From: a virus
Taxonomy: Duplodnaviria > Heunggongvirae > Uroviricota > Caudoviricetes
Length of the DNA stretch: 33,594 nt
IMG/VR virus record: IMGVR_UViG_2684622582_000002
Span: 1 to 33,594 of that record
Direction: 5' to 3' (one strand)
How positions within the stretch are numbered: the first letter of the stretch is position 1; each line of letters begins with the position of its first letter. This document shows, piece after piece, positions 18,956-29,242 of the stretch. The position numbers were made by a program, and so were the translations under genes. The notes beneath the pieces are model-generated. The model did no database searches, was not told the origin of the DNA, and saw nothing but the letters and a program-made list of their open reading frames with translations.

Positions 18956-20209
18956 ATGGCTAACCAATTAGCAAAAGACCTTGAAATCATGTTCGAAAAC
19001 TACGTTGAAGGCTTTGAGGCCGCCTGCGTAGTTTCCCGTAACGCTAAAAAATTCCGTCCCGGTGATACAGCAATGCAGCGAGCAGGTGATGTTCTGTATC
19101 GTCCGCAGCATTACCACATGAACATTGAGGAAGGCCTAGACCTCAGCGGCAAAACGCCAACAGCACTGGTTCAGCGCCTTGTTCCTTCTGTGTTCAAGGA
19201 GCCGAAAAACATTCTGTACACTCTGGATGCGCGTGAAATGCGTGACCCGGAACATAAAACTGAAGCTGGTCGCGCCGCAGGTATGCGCCTTGCTGCACAG
19301 ATTGACTCTGACCTGATTTCCATGGTTACGCAGCGTGCTACTAACGTGATCACGATGGCTGACCCAACCACTGGTTCACAGGGCCGTGATTTGTGGAACT
19401 GTGCGGCAGGTATTGATGCCACCATGACGGCGATTGGTGTACCGCAGGGTATCAACCGTCGCTCTTTCTGGAACCCCTTCAACTACAAAGACCTTGCTGG
19501 CGAGCTTGGTCACCGTGCCTACGCTCAGGGCGCAACCCTGACAGCATACGAAAAAGCGCAGATCCCTCCGGTTGCTTCCTTTGATAGCTACAAGACTGAT
19601 ATTTCTGGTCGTGTTCCGAAAGGGACAGCAACTTCCATTACGCTGGCAGCAGCACCTGCGCACAAAGTTGAAGCGAAAGATGCTAACGATATGCCAGTTG
19701 ATAACCGACAGGGGACCATTACGGTATCTGCTGAAGGTTTGCAGGTTGGCGATGCGTTTACCATTGCAGGGGTGAATTCTGTACACCAGATCACCAAAGA
19801 TACCACCGGGCAGCCGCAGGTATTCCGCGTTCTGGCAGTAAGCGGAACGACAGTAACTATCTCCCCGAAAATTCTGCCGCCTGACAACGCGGATGTCGCC
19901 AGCCGTCCATATGCAAACGTTGATGCTAATGCGGCAAGTAGCGCAGCAATCACCATTCTCAACAAAAATGCCGCACCGGCTAACCTGTTCTGGGCTGATG
20001 GTTCTGTTGAACTGATGTACGGCAAACTGGCGTTCCCGACTGGTCAGGGTCCACAGGTAATGACAGCAACCACCGAGCAGGGCGCTACGCTGATCATGTC
20101 TTATGCCTTCGACCACATCAAAGGCGTAACCACTGCTCGTTTCACCACTCTGTACGGTTGCTCTGTACTTGTTCCTGAATATACGGGCATCGTTATTGCC
20201 GGGCAGTAA
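18956..20209 (+). CDS. Major capsid (coat) protein (P22 gp5-like), 417 aa
   Basis: Size and position; followed by a hairpin (GGGGCTTCGGCCCC, 20218..20231). Confidence 0.85.
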   Translation: MANQLAKDLEIMFENYVEGFEAACVVSRNAKKFRPGDTAMQRAGDVLYRPQHYHMNIEEGLDLSGKTPTALVQRLVPSVFKEPKNILYTLDAREMRDPEHKTEAGRAAGMRLAAQIDSDLISMVTQRATNVITMADPTTGSQGRDLWNCAAGIDATMTAIGVPQGINRRSFWNPFNYKDLAGELGHRAYAQGATLTAYEKAQIPPVASFDSYKTDISGRVPKGTATSITLAAAPAHKVEAKDANDMPVDNRQGTITVSAEGLQVGDAFTIAGVNSVHQITKDTTGQPQVFRVLAVSGTTVTISPKILPPDNADVASRPYANVDANAASSAAITILNKNAAPANLFWADGSVELMYGKLAFPTGQGPQVMTATTEQGATLIMSYAFDHIKGVTTARFTTLYGCSVLVPEYTGIVIAGQ

Positions 20210-20419
20210 TTTTGGTGGGGCTTCGGCCCCATTTTTATTGGGAGAAGACAATGGCACGAACAATGCTCTATAAGCCGGGCAACATGATCACCTGTGGTCA
20301 GTTTGCTGTCGATTACATCATTGTTGATGACGAAGAAGTTAAATCTCACCTGAAAAAAGGCTGGGTAAAAACTCCTGAAGAAACCGCAACGAAGCAAAAA
20401 GTGGCTAAGGCGGAAGAAG

Positions 20420-20881
20420 ATGGCGAAAACGAAGGGTGATCTCGTTCTAAAGGCTTTACGAAAAGCTGGGCTGTATTCCAATGCCACGTTGACAGATGCT
20501 GAACCTCAGGCAATTGAAGATGCCATTAATGACCTCGAAGACATGATGGCAGCATGGCAGGCTAAAGGTATCGAGCTTGGGTATCAGTTTGCTGATACAG
20601 AAAACGGCATCATGCCGTTACCTGACGATGATTCAGGTATCCCTGCATGGGCAAATGATGGCGTCGCTTTGAAACTCGCTGTGCAAGTGTGCATGGATAA
20701 CGTCATTCAGCCGTCAGACGCTCTCCTTACCGCTGCTGACAGTGCATATCAGACAATCTGCATCGCTTTAACCAAAATACCACCACTTGAGCGGCGAAAT
20801 GACATGCCTCGCGGTAGTGGTAACAAAAGCGCGTTTACGTGGAATCGGTTTTACATCGAGAAAGATGATCCGAGTACGTGA
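20420..20881 (+). CDS. Head-completion / tail accessory protein (P22 gp4-like), 153 aa
   Basis: Order and size match the P22 gp4-gp10-gp26 series. Confidence 0.6.
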   Translation: MAKTKGDLVLKALRKAGLYSNATLTDAEPQAIEDAINDLEDMMAAWQAKGIELGYQFADTENGIMPLPDDDSGIPAWANDGVALKLAVQVCMDNVIQPSDALLTAADSAYQTICIALTKIPPLERRNDMPRGSGNKSAFTWNRFYIEKDDPST

Positions 20882-20890
20882 GGTGAATAA

Positions 20891-22309
20891 ATGCCGATTC
20901 AGCAACTTCCGCTTATGAAAGGTGTCGGCAAAGACTTTCGAAACGCCGACTATATCGACTATCTGCCAGTGAATATGTTGGCTACCCCCAAAGAAATCCT
21001 CAACAGTAGCGGATATCTTCGCTCATTCCCGGGCATTGCCAAACGTTCTGATGTGAACGGCGTATCGCGCGGCGTCGAGTACAACATGGCGCAGAATGCT
21101 GTTTATCGTGTGTGTGGCGGCAAGCTCTACAAAGGCGAAAGCGAAGTAGGTGACGTCGCCGGAAGTGGTCGCGTATCAATGGCGCATGGTCGAACATCTC
21201 AGGCTGTAGGCGTTAATGGTCAACTGGTCGAGTATCGCTATGATGGCACGGTTAAAACCGTCTCAAACTGGCCTACAGACAGTGGATTCACGCAGTATGA
21301 GTTAGGCTCAGTCCGCGACATTACGCGCTTGCGTGGGCGTTATGCGTGGTCAAAAGACGGCACTGATTCATGGTTTATCACTGACCTTGAAGACGAATCG
21401 CATCCTGACCGTTACAGCGCACAATATCGCGCAGAATCGCAGCCGGACGGCATCATCGGTATCGGCACATGGCGAGACTTCATCGTCTGCTTTGGTTCAT
21501 CGACGATTGAATATTTCTCCCTGACTGGTGCAACCACCGTTGGTGCCGCTTTGTATGTCGCACAGCCATCACTGATGGTACAGAAAGGTATTGCTGGGAC
21601 TTACTGCAAAACGCCATTCGCTGATTCCTATGCGTTTATCAGCAATCCGGCAACAGGTGCGCCGTCTGTATACATCATCGGCTCCGGTCAGGTGTCACCA
21701 ATCGCCAGCGCGAGCATTGAGAAGATACTACGCTCCTACACTGCTGATGAACTGGCTGATGGTGTGATGGAATCGCTGCGGTTTGATGCTCATGAGTTGC
21801 TGATTATCCATCTTCCGCGTCACGTCCTCGTGTACGACGCATCTTCAAGTGCCAATGGTCCGCAATGGTGTGTGCTGAAAACAGGCCTGTATGACGATGT
21901 GTACCGCGCTATCGACTTCATTTACGAAGGCAATCAGATAACGTGCGGCGATAAGCTGGAATCGGTTACCGGCAAATTGCAGTTCGATATCAGCAGCCAG
22001 TATGGGCTACAGCAAGAACACCTGTTGTTTACACCACTCTTCAAAGCTGAGAACGCCAGATGTTTTGATCTGGAAGTTGAATCATCGACTGGTGTCGCTC
22101 AGTACGCTGACCGCCTGTTCCTCTCTGCAACCACTGACGGCATCAATTACGGACGTGAGCAGATGATTGAGCAGAATGAACCGTTCGTTTACGACAAACG
22201 CGTTTTGTGGAAGCGAGTAGGGCGCATCAGGAAAAATGTCGGCTTCAAATTGCGCGTTATCACGAAGTCACCTGTCACTCTGTCTGGCGCTCAGATAAGG
22301 ATCGAGTAA
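20891..22309 (+). CDS. Tail accessory protein (P22 gp10-like), 472 aa
   Basis: Same length as P22 gp10 (472 aa) and same position; stop overlaps the next start (TAATG). Confidence 0.7.
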   Translation: MPIQQLPLMKGVGKDFRNADYIDYLPVNMLATPKEILNSSGYLRSFPGIAKRSDVNGVSRGVEYNMAQNAVYRVCGGKLYKGESEVGDVAGSGRVSMAHGRTSQAVGVNGQLVEYRYDGTVKTVSNWPTDSGFTQYELGSVRDITRLRGRYAWSKDGTDSWFITDLEDESHPDRYSAQYRAESQPDGIIGIGTWRDFIVCFGSSTIEYFSLTGATTVGAALYVAQPSLMVQKGIAGTYCKTPFADSYAFISNPATGAPSVYIIGSGQVSPIASASIEKILRSYTADELADGVMESLRFDAHELLIIHLPRHVLVYDASSSANGPQWCVLKTGLYDDVYRAIDFIYEGNQITCGDKLESVTGKLQFDISSQYGLQQEHLLFTPLFKAENARCFDLEVESSTGVAQYADRLFLSATTDGINYGREQMIEQNEPFVYDKRVLWKRVGRIRKNVGFKLRVITKSPVTLSGAQIRIE

Positions 22310-23157
22310 TGGCTGATTCGAATCTCAACACCCCTGTTATTGTGCAGGCGACGCGGCTCGATACATCAATCCTTCCACGCAATATCTTCTCGCAGTCGTA
22401 TCTGCTTTACGTTATCGCACAGGGCGCTGATGTTGGTAACGTGGCTAACAAGGCCAACGAGGCCGGACAGGGCGCTTATGATGCACAGGTCAGGAACGAT
22501 GAGCAGGATGTGATTCTCGCTGACCATGAGCAGCGAATTTCTGCTGCGGAAGCAACGCTTGTTAATCATGAGGAGCGAATCAGCCAGGCAGAATCAACTC
22601 TTCAGGAACATGAAACACGAATAGCTCAGAATGAAAGCGATATTGCGTCGCTTGATACCAGAGTTCAGTCGCTGGAATCGCAGGTTTCAGACCATGAAAC
22701 GCGCATCGATGCTCTTGAGTATGCCACTACGCGCAAGAAGTCAGAAGTTGTTTACTCTGGCGTATCAGTAATCATCCCGACAGCGCCGACCAACCTTGTT
22801 AGCCTGCTGAAAACGCTCACGCCGTCATCCGGCGCGTTGGCACCATTCTTCGACACCGTTAACAACAAGATGGTTGTGTTCAACGAGAACAAAACCTTGT
22901 TCTTCAAGCTTTCGATAGTCGGGTCGTGGCCCAGCGGAACCGCCAACAGGTCAATGCAGCTAACCTTTTCCGGTTCTGTTCCTGACACACTGGTAAGCAG
23001 TCGTAACTCGGCGACAACAACCGACAACATCCTGTTAGCTACGTTCTTCAGCGTGGATAAAGACGGCTTTCTTGCCACAAATGGCAGTACGTTAACCATT
23101 CAGTCAAATAGTGCGGCGTTTACTGCCACAACCATCAAAATCATTGCGGAGCAGTGA
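22309..23157 (+). CDS. Tail needle protein (gp26-like, knob-bearing), 282 aa
   Basis: N-terminal trimeric coiled-coil heptads ([65 protein letters not shown]) then C-terminal domain; start placed at MADSNL, not the track start at 22207. Confidence 0.75.
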   Translation: MADSNLNTPVIVQATRLDTSILPRNIFSQSYLLYVIAQGADVGNVANKANEAGQGAYDAQVRNDEQDVILADHEQRISAAEATLVNHEERISQAESTLQEHETRIAQNESDIASLDTRVQSLESQVSDHETRIDALEYATTRKKSEVVYSGVSVIIPTAPTNLVSLLKTLTPSSGALAPFFDTVNNKMVVFNENKTLFFKLSIVGSWPSGTANRSMQLTFSGSVPDTLVSSRNSATTTDNILLATFFSVDKDGFLATNGSTLTIQSNSAAFTATTIKIIAEQ

Positions 23158-23624
23158 TGGAAATAAAGCTCATCGATAATCCGGTGAAGCTTGCAGAATT
23201 CCTTAACAACCCGGAAAACACGGGGAATATCGTAGACATTGGAGATAAATACTACATCAAGCCTGATGCGGTATACCTCGGCATCTACGAAGGATTAGTG
23301 CTGGCTGGCGTTCATGAAGTGCGTAACTTCTGGCATAGCGTTGTTGAATGCCATGCGGTGTATGACCCCGGATTCCGTGGAGAATATGCACTGCAAGGGC
23401 ATCGATTATTCTGCAAATGGCTTCTCGAAAACTCACCATTCCTTAACAGCATCACCATGGTTCCTGACACCACCAAATACGGACGGGCAATTATCCGTTT
23501 GCTTGGCGCTACCCGTGTTGGTCACCTTGATGATGCGTACATGAGTAACGGAAAACCGGTAGGAATCACCCTCTATCAATTACCTCGTTCGAAATATGAG
23601 GAGCTATTAAATGTTAGTACTTAG
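23154..23624 (+). CDS. gp14-like assembly/ejection-associated protein (156 aa)
   Basis: Position and size in the P22-like gp14-gp7-gp20-gp16 series. Confidence 0.55.
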   Translation: MMEIKLIDNPVKLAEFLNNPENTGNIVDIGDKYYIKPDAVYLGIYEGLVLAGVHEVRNFWHSVVECHAVYDPGFRGEYALQGHRLFCKWLLENSPFLNSITMVPDTTKYGRAIIRLLGATRVGHLDDAYMSNGKPVGITLYQLPRSKYEELLNVST

Positions 23625-24270
23625 CGAAAGCTTCAAGAATAAATTGCTTCCCATGAATGGGTATATGAAAGGCGGCAGCGACTCCGGATCTAAAGCCCAG
23701 GCACGCGCAACTGAAAAGGGCATCGAACTGCAGCGTGAAATGTGGCAGACGAACATGCAAAACCTTGCACCGTTCACGCCACTCGCTCAGCAGTACGTAT
23801 CACAGTTGCAGAATCTTTCCTCTCTTCAGGGGCAAGGTCAGGCACTTAACCAGTATTACAACTCTCAGCAGTATAAAGACCTTGCAGGGCAGGCGCGCTA
23901 TCAGAGTCTGGCAGCAGCAGAGGCAACGGGTGGATTAGGCTCTACAGCAACAGGAAACCAGTTGGCAGCAATCGCACCTACACTCGGTCAAAACTGGCTG
24001 TCAGGTCAGATGAACAACTACAACAATCTGGCAAATATCGGCCTTGGCGCTCTTACAGGTCAGGCAAACGCCGGGCAGAACTATGCCAACAACGTCAGCC
24101 AATTGTATCAACAGCAGGCGGCAGCATCTGCGGCTAATGCGAATAAACCATCAGGATTTCAGAGCGCCCTGGGTGGAGCGGCAGCAGGTGCAGCTGCAGG
24201 TACTGCAATCATGCCTGGTTGGGGTACAGCAATTGGTGCTGGCGTCGGTCTTCTTGGTTCACTTTTTTAA
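23611..24270 (+). CDS. Ejection (internal virion) protein gp7-like, 219 aa
   Basis: Position and size; Gln/Gly/Ala-rich low-complexity sequence and hydrophobic C-terminus. Confidence 0.65.
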   Translation: MLVLSESFKNKLLPMNGYMKGGSDSGSKAQARATEKGIELQREMWQTNMQNLAPFTPLAQQYVSQLQNLSSLQGQGQALNQYYNSQQYKDLAGQARYQSLAAAEATGGLGSTATGNQLAAIAPTLGQNWLSGQMNNYNNLANIGLGALTGQANAGQNYANNVSQLYQQQAAASAANANKPSGFQSALGGAAAGAAAGTAIMPGWGTAIGAGVGLLGSLF

Positions 24271-24282
24271 TGGAGGTGTCTC

Positions 24283-25716
24283 TTGGCTACATGGCAACAG
24301 GCTGGTAATTCAGGCGCTCTTCTTGCCGGGTTAGGCGGCATGAACTCCAACGCTCCAAGAGCAAGTGATGCAGACGCCACGCTTGCATACATTCGACAGA
24401 ATAACGAGATGGAGCGTTCAGGACGTAATAACGTTGGCTTGCAGGCTTTGCAGGGCATTTCATCTGTCATGGATATGTATAAGCAGATGGATCAGCAGAA
24501 GCGACAGCAAGAGTTTCAGCAGGCTTATGCTGATGCATATACATCTGGTGACCGCGATGCAATGCGAAAACTGGCATCACAGTATCCTGAGCAGTTTGAC
24601 GCCGTAAGAAACGGCATGAAATTTGTCGATGAAGACCAGCGTTCCACTGTCGGTACACTGGCAGCAAGTGCCAGACTCGCAGCTTCATCTCCAGAAGCCA
24701 TGATGTCATGGTTGCAGAACAACTCATCTGAGCTTACTCGTGCCGGAGTAGACCCTCTGGATGTGGCGAAAATGTATCAGCAAAATCCACAAGGTTTCAC
24801 AGAGTTTGTTGATCACCTTGGGATGGCTGCGCTTGGTCCGATTGATTACTTCAATGTTCAGGACAAGATGGCTGGTCGGGATATTGAGCGTGGCGAGTTG
24901 GCAGAGACGATTCGCAGCAATAAAGCTGGGGAAGGTTTACAGGCGCAAAGCATTGCTGTTAGCCGTGAAAACTCCCTGCGCACTGCTGGAGGTGCTGTTC
25001 CTGCATCTGTTAAAGAATATCAATATTTCAACAGCCTGTCTCCAGAGCAACAAAAGACATATCTTCGTGTTCGAGGCCGTCCTGATGCTGGCGGGGAGAA
25101 TGTTGTGCAACTGGCAGATGGTAGAACGGTAACGGTAGGCGGGAAACTTCACGGCGCTGGGGCTAATGCGTTCTACGAAGGCATCGATAACGAGGGGAAT
25201 ATGGTTCGCGTTCCTGCCAGTTCAATCGCAGCGCCTGCAACATCGTCTGCATCAGCACAAAACTATGCCATGAAGAAGGATATCGACGCGATCGCAAATG
25301 CAGACGCTTCTGCTCTCGATTTCATGACAGGAATGACCGGCGGCGCAGGTAACCCGGCAATTGGTGCTGATGTTCGCAGCCGATTAACAGGAAAAGAGCA
25401 GCGCCAGTTATATAACTCAGCACAACGTATTCAGGGCAGAATGCAGAATCAGGGCGTGGCGGCAGCAAGAGACATGGGTGCCAGTGGTATTAACACCGTT
25501 GCAGAAGCGAAGATGTATTTTCAGGGGATGCCGCAGGTTGACTATTCAAGCCCGGAGGCTATGCAGCAGTCGATTCGTCAGATTCAGGAATACACCAACA
25601 ATTACAACCAACAATATAACGTTAATGTTGGTAAATCTCAGCGGCAGCAATCTCAACCTGCACAGGTATCACAGCCAGCAGCCAGCAGTAACTTTTCTTC
25701 ACTATGGGGTGATTAA
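24283..25716 (+). CDS. Ejection protein gp20-like, 477 aa
   Basis: Position and size match P22 gp20 (about 471 aa). Confidence 0.7.
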   Translation: MATWQQAGNSGALLAGLGGMNSNAPRASDADATLAYIRQNNEMERSGRNNVGLQALQGISSVMDMYKQMDQQKRQQEFQQAYADAYTSGDRDAMRKLASQYPEQFDAVRNGMKFVDEDQRSTVGTLAASARLAASSPEAMMSWLQNNSSELTRAGVDPLDVAKMYQQNPQGFTEFVDHLGMAALGPIDYFNVQDKMAGRDIERGELAETIRSNKAGEGLQAQSIAVSRENSLRTAGGAVPASVKEYQYFNSLSPEQQKTYLRVRGRPDAGGENVVQLADGRTVTVGGKLHGAGANAFYEGIDNEGNMVRVPASSIAAPATSSASAQNYAMKKDIDAIANADASALDFMTGMTGGAGNPAIGADVRSRLTGKEQRQLYNSAQRIQGRMQNQGVAAARDMGASGINTVAEAKMYFQGMPQVDYSSPEAMQQSIRQIQEYTNNYNQQYNVNVGKSQRQQSQPAQVSQPAASSNFSSLWGD

Positions 25717-27698
25717 TGGCTAAAGCATGGAAAGATGTTATCGCCTCTCCACAGTATCAGGCGTTAGCACCAGAACAAAAAGCGCAGGCTCAGGAGCAAT
25801 ACTTCAATGAAGTCGTGGCCCCGCAAGCCGGAGAAAATGCAGAGCAGGCTAAGCAAGCTTTCTATGCAGCCTATCCATTGCCATCTGTGCAGCCAGTGGA
25901 GACACAGCAACAACCACAGCAAAGTGGATTTATGTCTGATCTTGGTGAAGCAGTGAAAGAGACAGGTCGCGGACTGGTGCAGGCTGGCGTGAACGTGGCA
26001 AACATACCTGCATCAGTTGCCGATGCTGTAACAAGCGCGGCGACTTGGGCTGGCGGTAAACTCGGTATTGGCGATGGTACATATCAACCAGCGCCAAGAG
26101 TAACAACGCAGGGATTAGAGCAGGACTTTGGCCTTCAGCAAGGCGCGCTGACTCCACAAACGACAGAGGGAAGGGTATTTGCTGAAGCATTGCCTTACCT
26201 CACTCCTGCTGGCGTTGAGAGAGCGGCAGCACAGGCACCAACACTTGCTGGTCGAATTGCTCAGGGGGCAACTCGCCTTCTCGCTGAAAACGCAGTTGGA
26301 TCACTTGCTGCAAATAGTGCGAAAGATGATGCGGAAGCACTCGCCACCGATTTAGGCGTTGGCGTTCTGGCTGGCGGCGCTATTAACGCTGCCGGACGTG
26401 GATTAGGTGCTGCTTATCGTGGCGTTCGTGGTGCTATTGCGCCAGAAGCGCAGCAAGCTATCAGATTTGCAGAGCGTGAAGGAGTGCCTCTGCACACCAC
26501 AGACCTGTTACAGCCTACTTCCCGCGTCGGGAAAATGGCGCAGACTACAGCAGAAAATATACCCCTGGCTGGCACAAGCGGAATGAGAGCAACGCAACAG
26601 GAAGCGAGAAGTCAGTTGGTGCAGAGATTTGCTGATAAATTCGGCGAGTATGATCCAGCGGTTGTTATTGACAGCCTTAAAGCGAAAACATCAGGAATTC
26701 GTCGTGCCGCCGGTAATCGACTGGAGCAGGTTCAGAATGCTATGGCTGGAGTAAACATTCAGCCTGCGCGAGCAATTCAGCAGATTGATACAGAAATATC
26801 TAACCTGCAGAAGCTTGGTAAGGTTGCTGATAACGAGACTATTTCAAAACTTCAGTCATATCGTGATGAGCTTGTTCGCAATGCTGGCCCTGATGGTCCT
26901 GTAAATCTGGATTTGAAGCAATTAAGCGACCTGCGCAGCCAGTTCAGAATGGACGTGAAGGGTGAACGACCAGTGTTACCAAACCGTTCCGATGCTGCCA
27001 TTCGGCGCGTTTACAAGGCGATGACAGACGATATCAATGGTGCCATTGGTCAGAATCTTGGCAACGATACTCTCCGTAAATATCAGCAGGCCAATGCCGT
27101 ATACGCTGACGAAGCGGCGAAACTAAAGAATACCAGGCTGAAGAATGTTCTCATGAAAGGCGACCTGACGCCGGAAGTTGTCAACAACATGCTATTCAGC
27201 AAGAACAAATCGGAAATTAAGACGCTGTATAACTCAGTTGGTCGTGTTGGCAGGGCGCAAATGCGCAATGGCATCATTGGAAAGGCGATGGAGAAATCTG
27301 GCGGATCCCCTGACCAGTTCCTTCGGCAGCTTAACATCCTACAAAACCAGACTGGCATCACATTTAAGGGGCAGGACGCTGCTTATCTGAAAGGATTAAA
27401 AAACTACCTGCAATCCACGCAGCAGGCTGCAAAAGCGGCAGTAACAACACCCACAGGACAGCAAACTATCCCGTTCATAATTGGGTATGGGACGGCAATG
27501 AACCCGGCGACAACTGGCGCAGCAGTAAGCTACGGACTTCTTACTCGCGCCTATGAGAGCGAGCCATTCAGAAATGCAATGCTCCGAATGGCAAACACCC
27601 CACGCGGTTCAACAGTGTTTGAGAAAGCCATGCAGCAGGCACAAAAGGCAATTAACGCTATGATGCAGGGGGCTAAGTCTGATGCGTTGTCAGAATAG
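25716..27698 (+). CDS. Ejection protein gp16-like, 660 aa
   Basis: Position and size; start overlaps previous stop. Confidence 0.7.
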   Translation: MAKAWKDVIASPQYQALAPEQKAQAQEQYFNEVVAPQAGENAEQAKQAFYAAYPLPSVQPVETQQQPQQSGFMSDLGEAVKETGRGLVQAGVNVANIPASVADAVTSAATWAGGKLGIGDGTYQPAPRVTTQGLEQDFGLQQGALTPQTTEGRVFAEALPYLTPAGVERAAAQAPTLAGRIAQGATRLLAENAVGSLAANSAKDDAEALATDLGVGVLAGGAINAAGRGLGAAYRGVRGAIAPEAQQAIRFAEREGVPLHTTDLLQPTSRVGKMAQTTAENIPLAGTSGMRATQQEARSQLVQRFADKFGEYDPAVVIDSLKAKTSGIRRAAGNRLEQVQNAMAGVNIQPARAIQQIDTEISNLQKLGKVADNETISKLQSYRDELVRNAGPDGPVNLDLKQLSDLRSQFRMDVKGERPVLPNRSDAAIRRVYKAMTDDINGAIGQNLGNDTLRKYQQANAVYADEAAKLKNTRLKNVLMKGDLTPEVVNNMLFSKNKSEIKTLYNSVGRVGRAQMRNGIIGKAMEKSGGSPDQFLRQLNILQNQTGITFKGQDAAYLKGLKNYLQSTQQAAKAAVTTPTGQQTIPFIIGYGTAMNPATTGAAVSYGLLTRAYESEPFRNAMLRMANTPRGSTVFEKAMQQAQKAINAMMQGAKSDALSE

Positions 27699-27788
27699 CT
27701 TTTCAAACACCAGGAACGTGCAAAAACCAAATATGTAGAACTCGAGGTTTATCGTATCCCTCTGCATAGGCGATACCTTTGCTGATTG

Positions 27789-28274
27789 TTATCTGATGTT
27801 ACTGCTACTGTTGCATGTTACCGTGTTTCCAAATCCTGAATTGCAGTTTGTATATGTGTCAACGCGTGTTGGGTAAGGTTGAGTTATAACAGGCTGGCGC
27901 GCTTTTTGCTCGATCGCTTGCATTGTGTTTACAGCCTGATAATTCAATAAAGCCTGCTGGAATGCTTGGCTTTGCGCTATTTGTTTGGCTTGTTCTTGGC
28001 TTTGTAATTGAACATAAAGATTCTGAAGCTCAAGTCTTGCCTGTGCGTCACTTATCTTGCCTTCATCGACACCTTGCCCGAGCATCTTCGCAGCAAGGAC
28101 ATACAGCTTAGGTGTTGGTGCTGATGCCATGCGTGAGTCGTTCTTCACGCTAGCATCAAGGCAATTAGCCATATCGCTAAGCTTTGGATAGCGTTGTTCG
28201 CAATTTGCCTGATAGTCGCTAACCTTTGCACACCCTGCAAGCAGAAGCGGGATAATTAACAGTGATTTTTTCAT
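27789..28274 (-). CDS. Lipoprotein (cargo; possible superinfection-exclusion or surface function), 161 aa
   Basis: Signal peptide with lipobox MKKSLLIIPLLLAGC, GGAGAG RBS; Gln-rich helical middle, Cys-containing C-terminus; sits where P22 carries sieA. Start moved to the RBS-proximal ATG. Confidence 0.7.
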   Translation of the reverse strand: MKKSLLIIPLLLAGCAKVSDYQANCEQRYPKLSDMANCLDASVKNDSRMASAPTPKLYVLAAKMLGQGVDEGKISDAQARLELQNLYVQLQSQEQAKQIAQSQAFQQALLNYQAVNTMQAIEQKARQPVITQPYPTRVDTYTNCNSGFGNTVTCNSSSNIR

Positions 28275-28408
28275 ATGATTAACTCTCCTTATCTTTGCCA
28301 TCATGGCACTGTTGGGTGTAAATGAGTTATTAACTCAATCGACAATATCTTCACGAAAATACTTTTTATTATTAAGATCTTTCTGATTCTAACAAAACGG
28401 AAAGTAAT

Positions 28409-28828
28409 ATGAAGAGGATTATCGGCGTCGTTGCTGGCGCTATATTGTTATCTGGGTGCGCAACTATTGTTGGTGATGAAACGCAACTTGTGCAAGTGAA
28501 CAGCAATCCTTCTGGCGCGAGCTTTAAGGTAAAAGATGAATCTGGTGTGATTGTTGCGCAAGGTAAGACTCCACAAGGTGTAACACTCGCCAAGTCAGAT
28601 GGTAGCTATTTTGGCAAAAAGAGCTACCAGATCACTATGGAGAAGGATGGATACGAGCCAGTTACCCTGCCAATAAAAGCCAATGCTAATGGTTGGTATA
28701 TTGGTGGAAACCTTGTGTTTGGTGGGTTAATTGGTTGGCTTGCTGTAGATCCATTTAATGGTGGGATGTATACCTTGAAGCCTAAAGAGGCAAATGCATC
28801 CCTTATACCGTCCACAAAGCAAGACTAA
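28409..28828 (+). CDS. Lipoprotein with PEGA-like domain (139 aa)
   Basis: Lipobox AILLSGC; pattern NPSGASFKV-DESGVIVAQGKTPQGVTL...KDGYEP resembles PEGA domains; Gly-rich GGLIGWLAVDPFNGG segment; followed by a terminator. Confidence 0.65.
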   Translation: MKRIIGVVAGAILLSGCATIVGDETQLVQVNSNPSGASFKVKDESGVIVAQGKTPQGVTLAKSDGSYFGKKSYQITMEKDGYEPVTLPIKANANGWYIGGNLVFGGLIGWLAVDPFNGGMYTLKPKEANASLIPSTKQD

Positions 28829-28835
28829 TAAATGG

Positions 28836-28860
28836 AACCCACCATCAGGTGGGTTTTTTG
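28836..28860 (+). terminator. Intrinsic terminator after lipoprotein gene (overlaps mnt 3' end)
   Basis: Hairpin AACCCACC-ATCA-GGTGGGTT followed by TTTTTT. Confidence 0.55.
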
Positions 28861-29096
28861 TACAAATCCTTCAGCGTATCAAACACCATCTTCTTAACAA
28901 GTTCAGACTGCTCATCAGCGATGCGTTCCGCATCGTCTCGATAGCCTGAAATTTTGGATGGCTTTGATACAGCATCAGTCACTATCTGAACTAATTCTGA
29001 ATTAAGAGAGCGGCCATTGGATTTGGCTCGCTGTTTTAGTTTTTCCTTTAATTCGTAAGGTAGCCGCAGATTAAATTGCGGGTCATCTCTTCCCAT
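28845..29096 (-). CDS. mnt: Mnt repressor (ribbon-helix-helix), 83 aa
   Basis: MGRDDPQFNLRLPYELKEKLKQRAKSNGRSLNSELVQIVTDAVSKPS...DEQSELVKKMVFDTLKDLYKKPT closely matches remembered P22 Mnt in length and sequence. Confidence 0.85.
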   Translation of the reverse strand: MGRDDPQFNLRLPYELKEKLKQRAKSNGRSLNSELVQIVTDAVSKPSKISGYRDDAERIADEQSELVKKMVFDTLKDLYKKPT

Positions 29097-29159
29097 TCTT
29101 GATGCCTCGCTTTTGTGAGTGGATCGGCATCTTATTATCTGCTGGTTGCATCCTCAATA

Positions 29160-29174
29160 AGACCACAGTGGTCT
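29160..29174. promoter_or_regulatory. Candidate Mnt operator (palindrome) in Pmnt/Pant-equivalent region
   Basis: Perfect palindrome AGACCAC-A-GTGGTCT, resembling the remembered P22 Omnt core (GTCCACGGTGGAC), between mnt and the tailspike gene. Confidence 0.5.
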
Positions 29175-29242
29175 CTTTGTTTGATTAATAATGCATCACT
29201 GTGGCAATGCTGCGGCGATTCCTTGTATCTGGAGCAAATTAA

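Noticed and set aside
18592-18990. 132-aa minus-strand ORF
   Set aside because: Antisense to the scaffolding gene; overlaps the coat start; no independent support.
19376-20263. 295-aa minus-strand ORF
   Set aside because: Lies entirely antisense within the major coat protein gene (18956..20209), whose context and size are strongly supported; Arg/Cys-rich composition typical of antisense read-through.
20251-20439. 62-aa ORF (MARTML...) between coat and gp4-like genes
   Set aside because: Plausible small gene but it follows a hairpin after coat and I cannot match it to a known P22-like gene from memory; too uncertain to list as a feature.
22207-22308. Upstream extension of the tail-needle ORF
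   Set aside because: Overlaps the gp10-like gene end; the ATG at 22309 overlaps the upstream stop (TAATG), the usual coupling in this operon.
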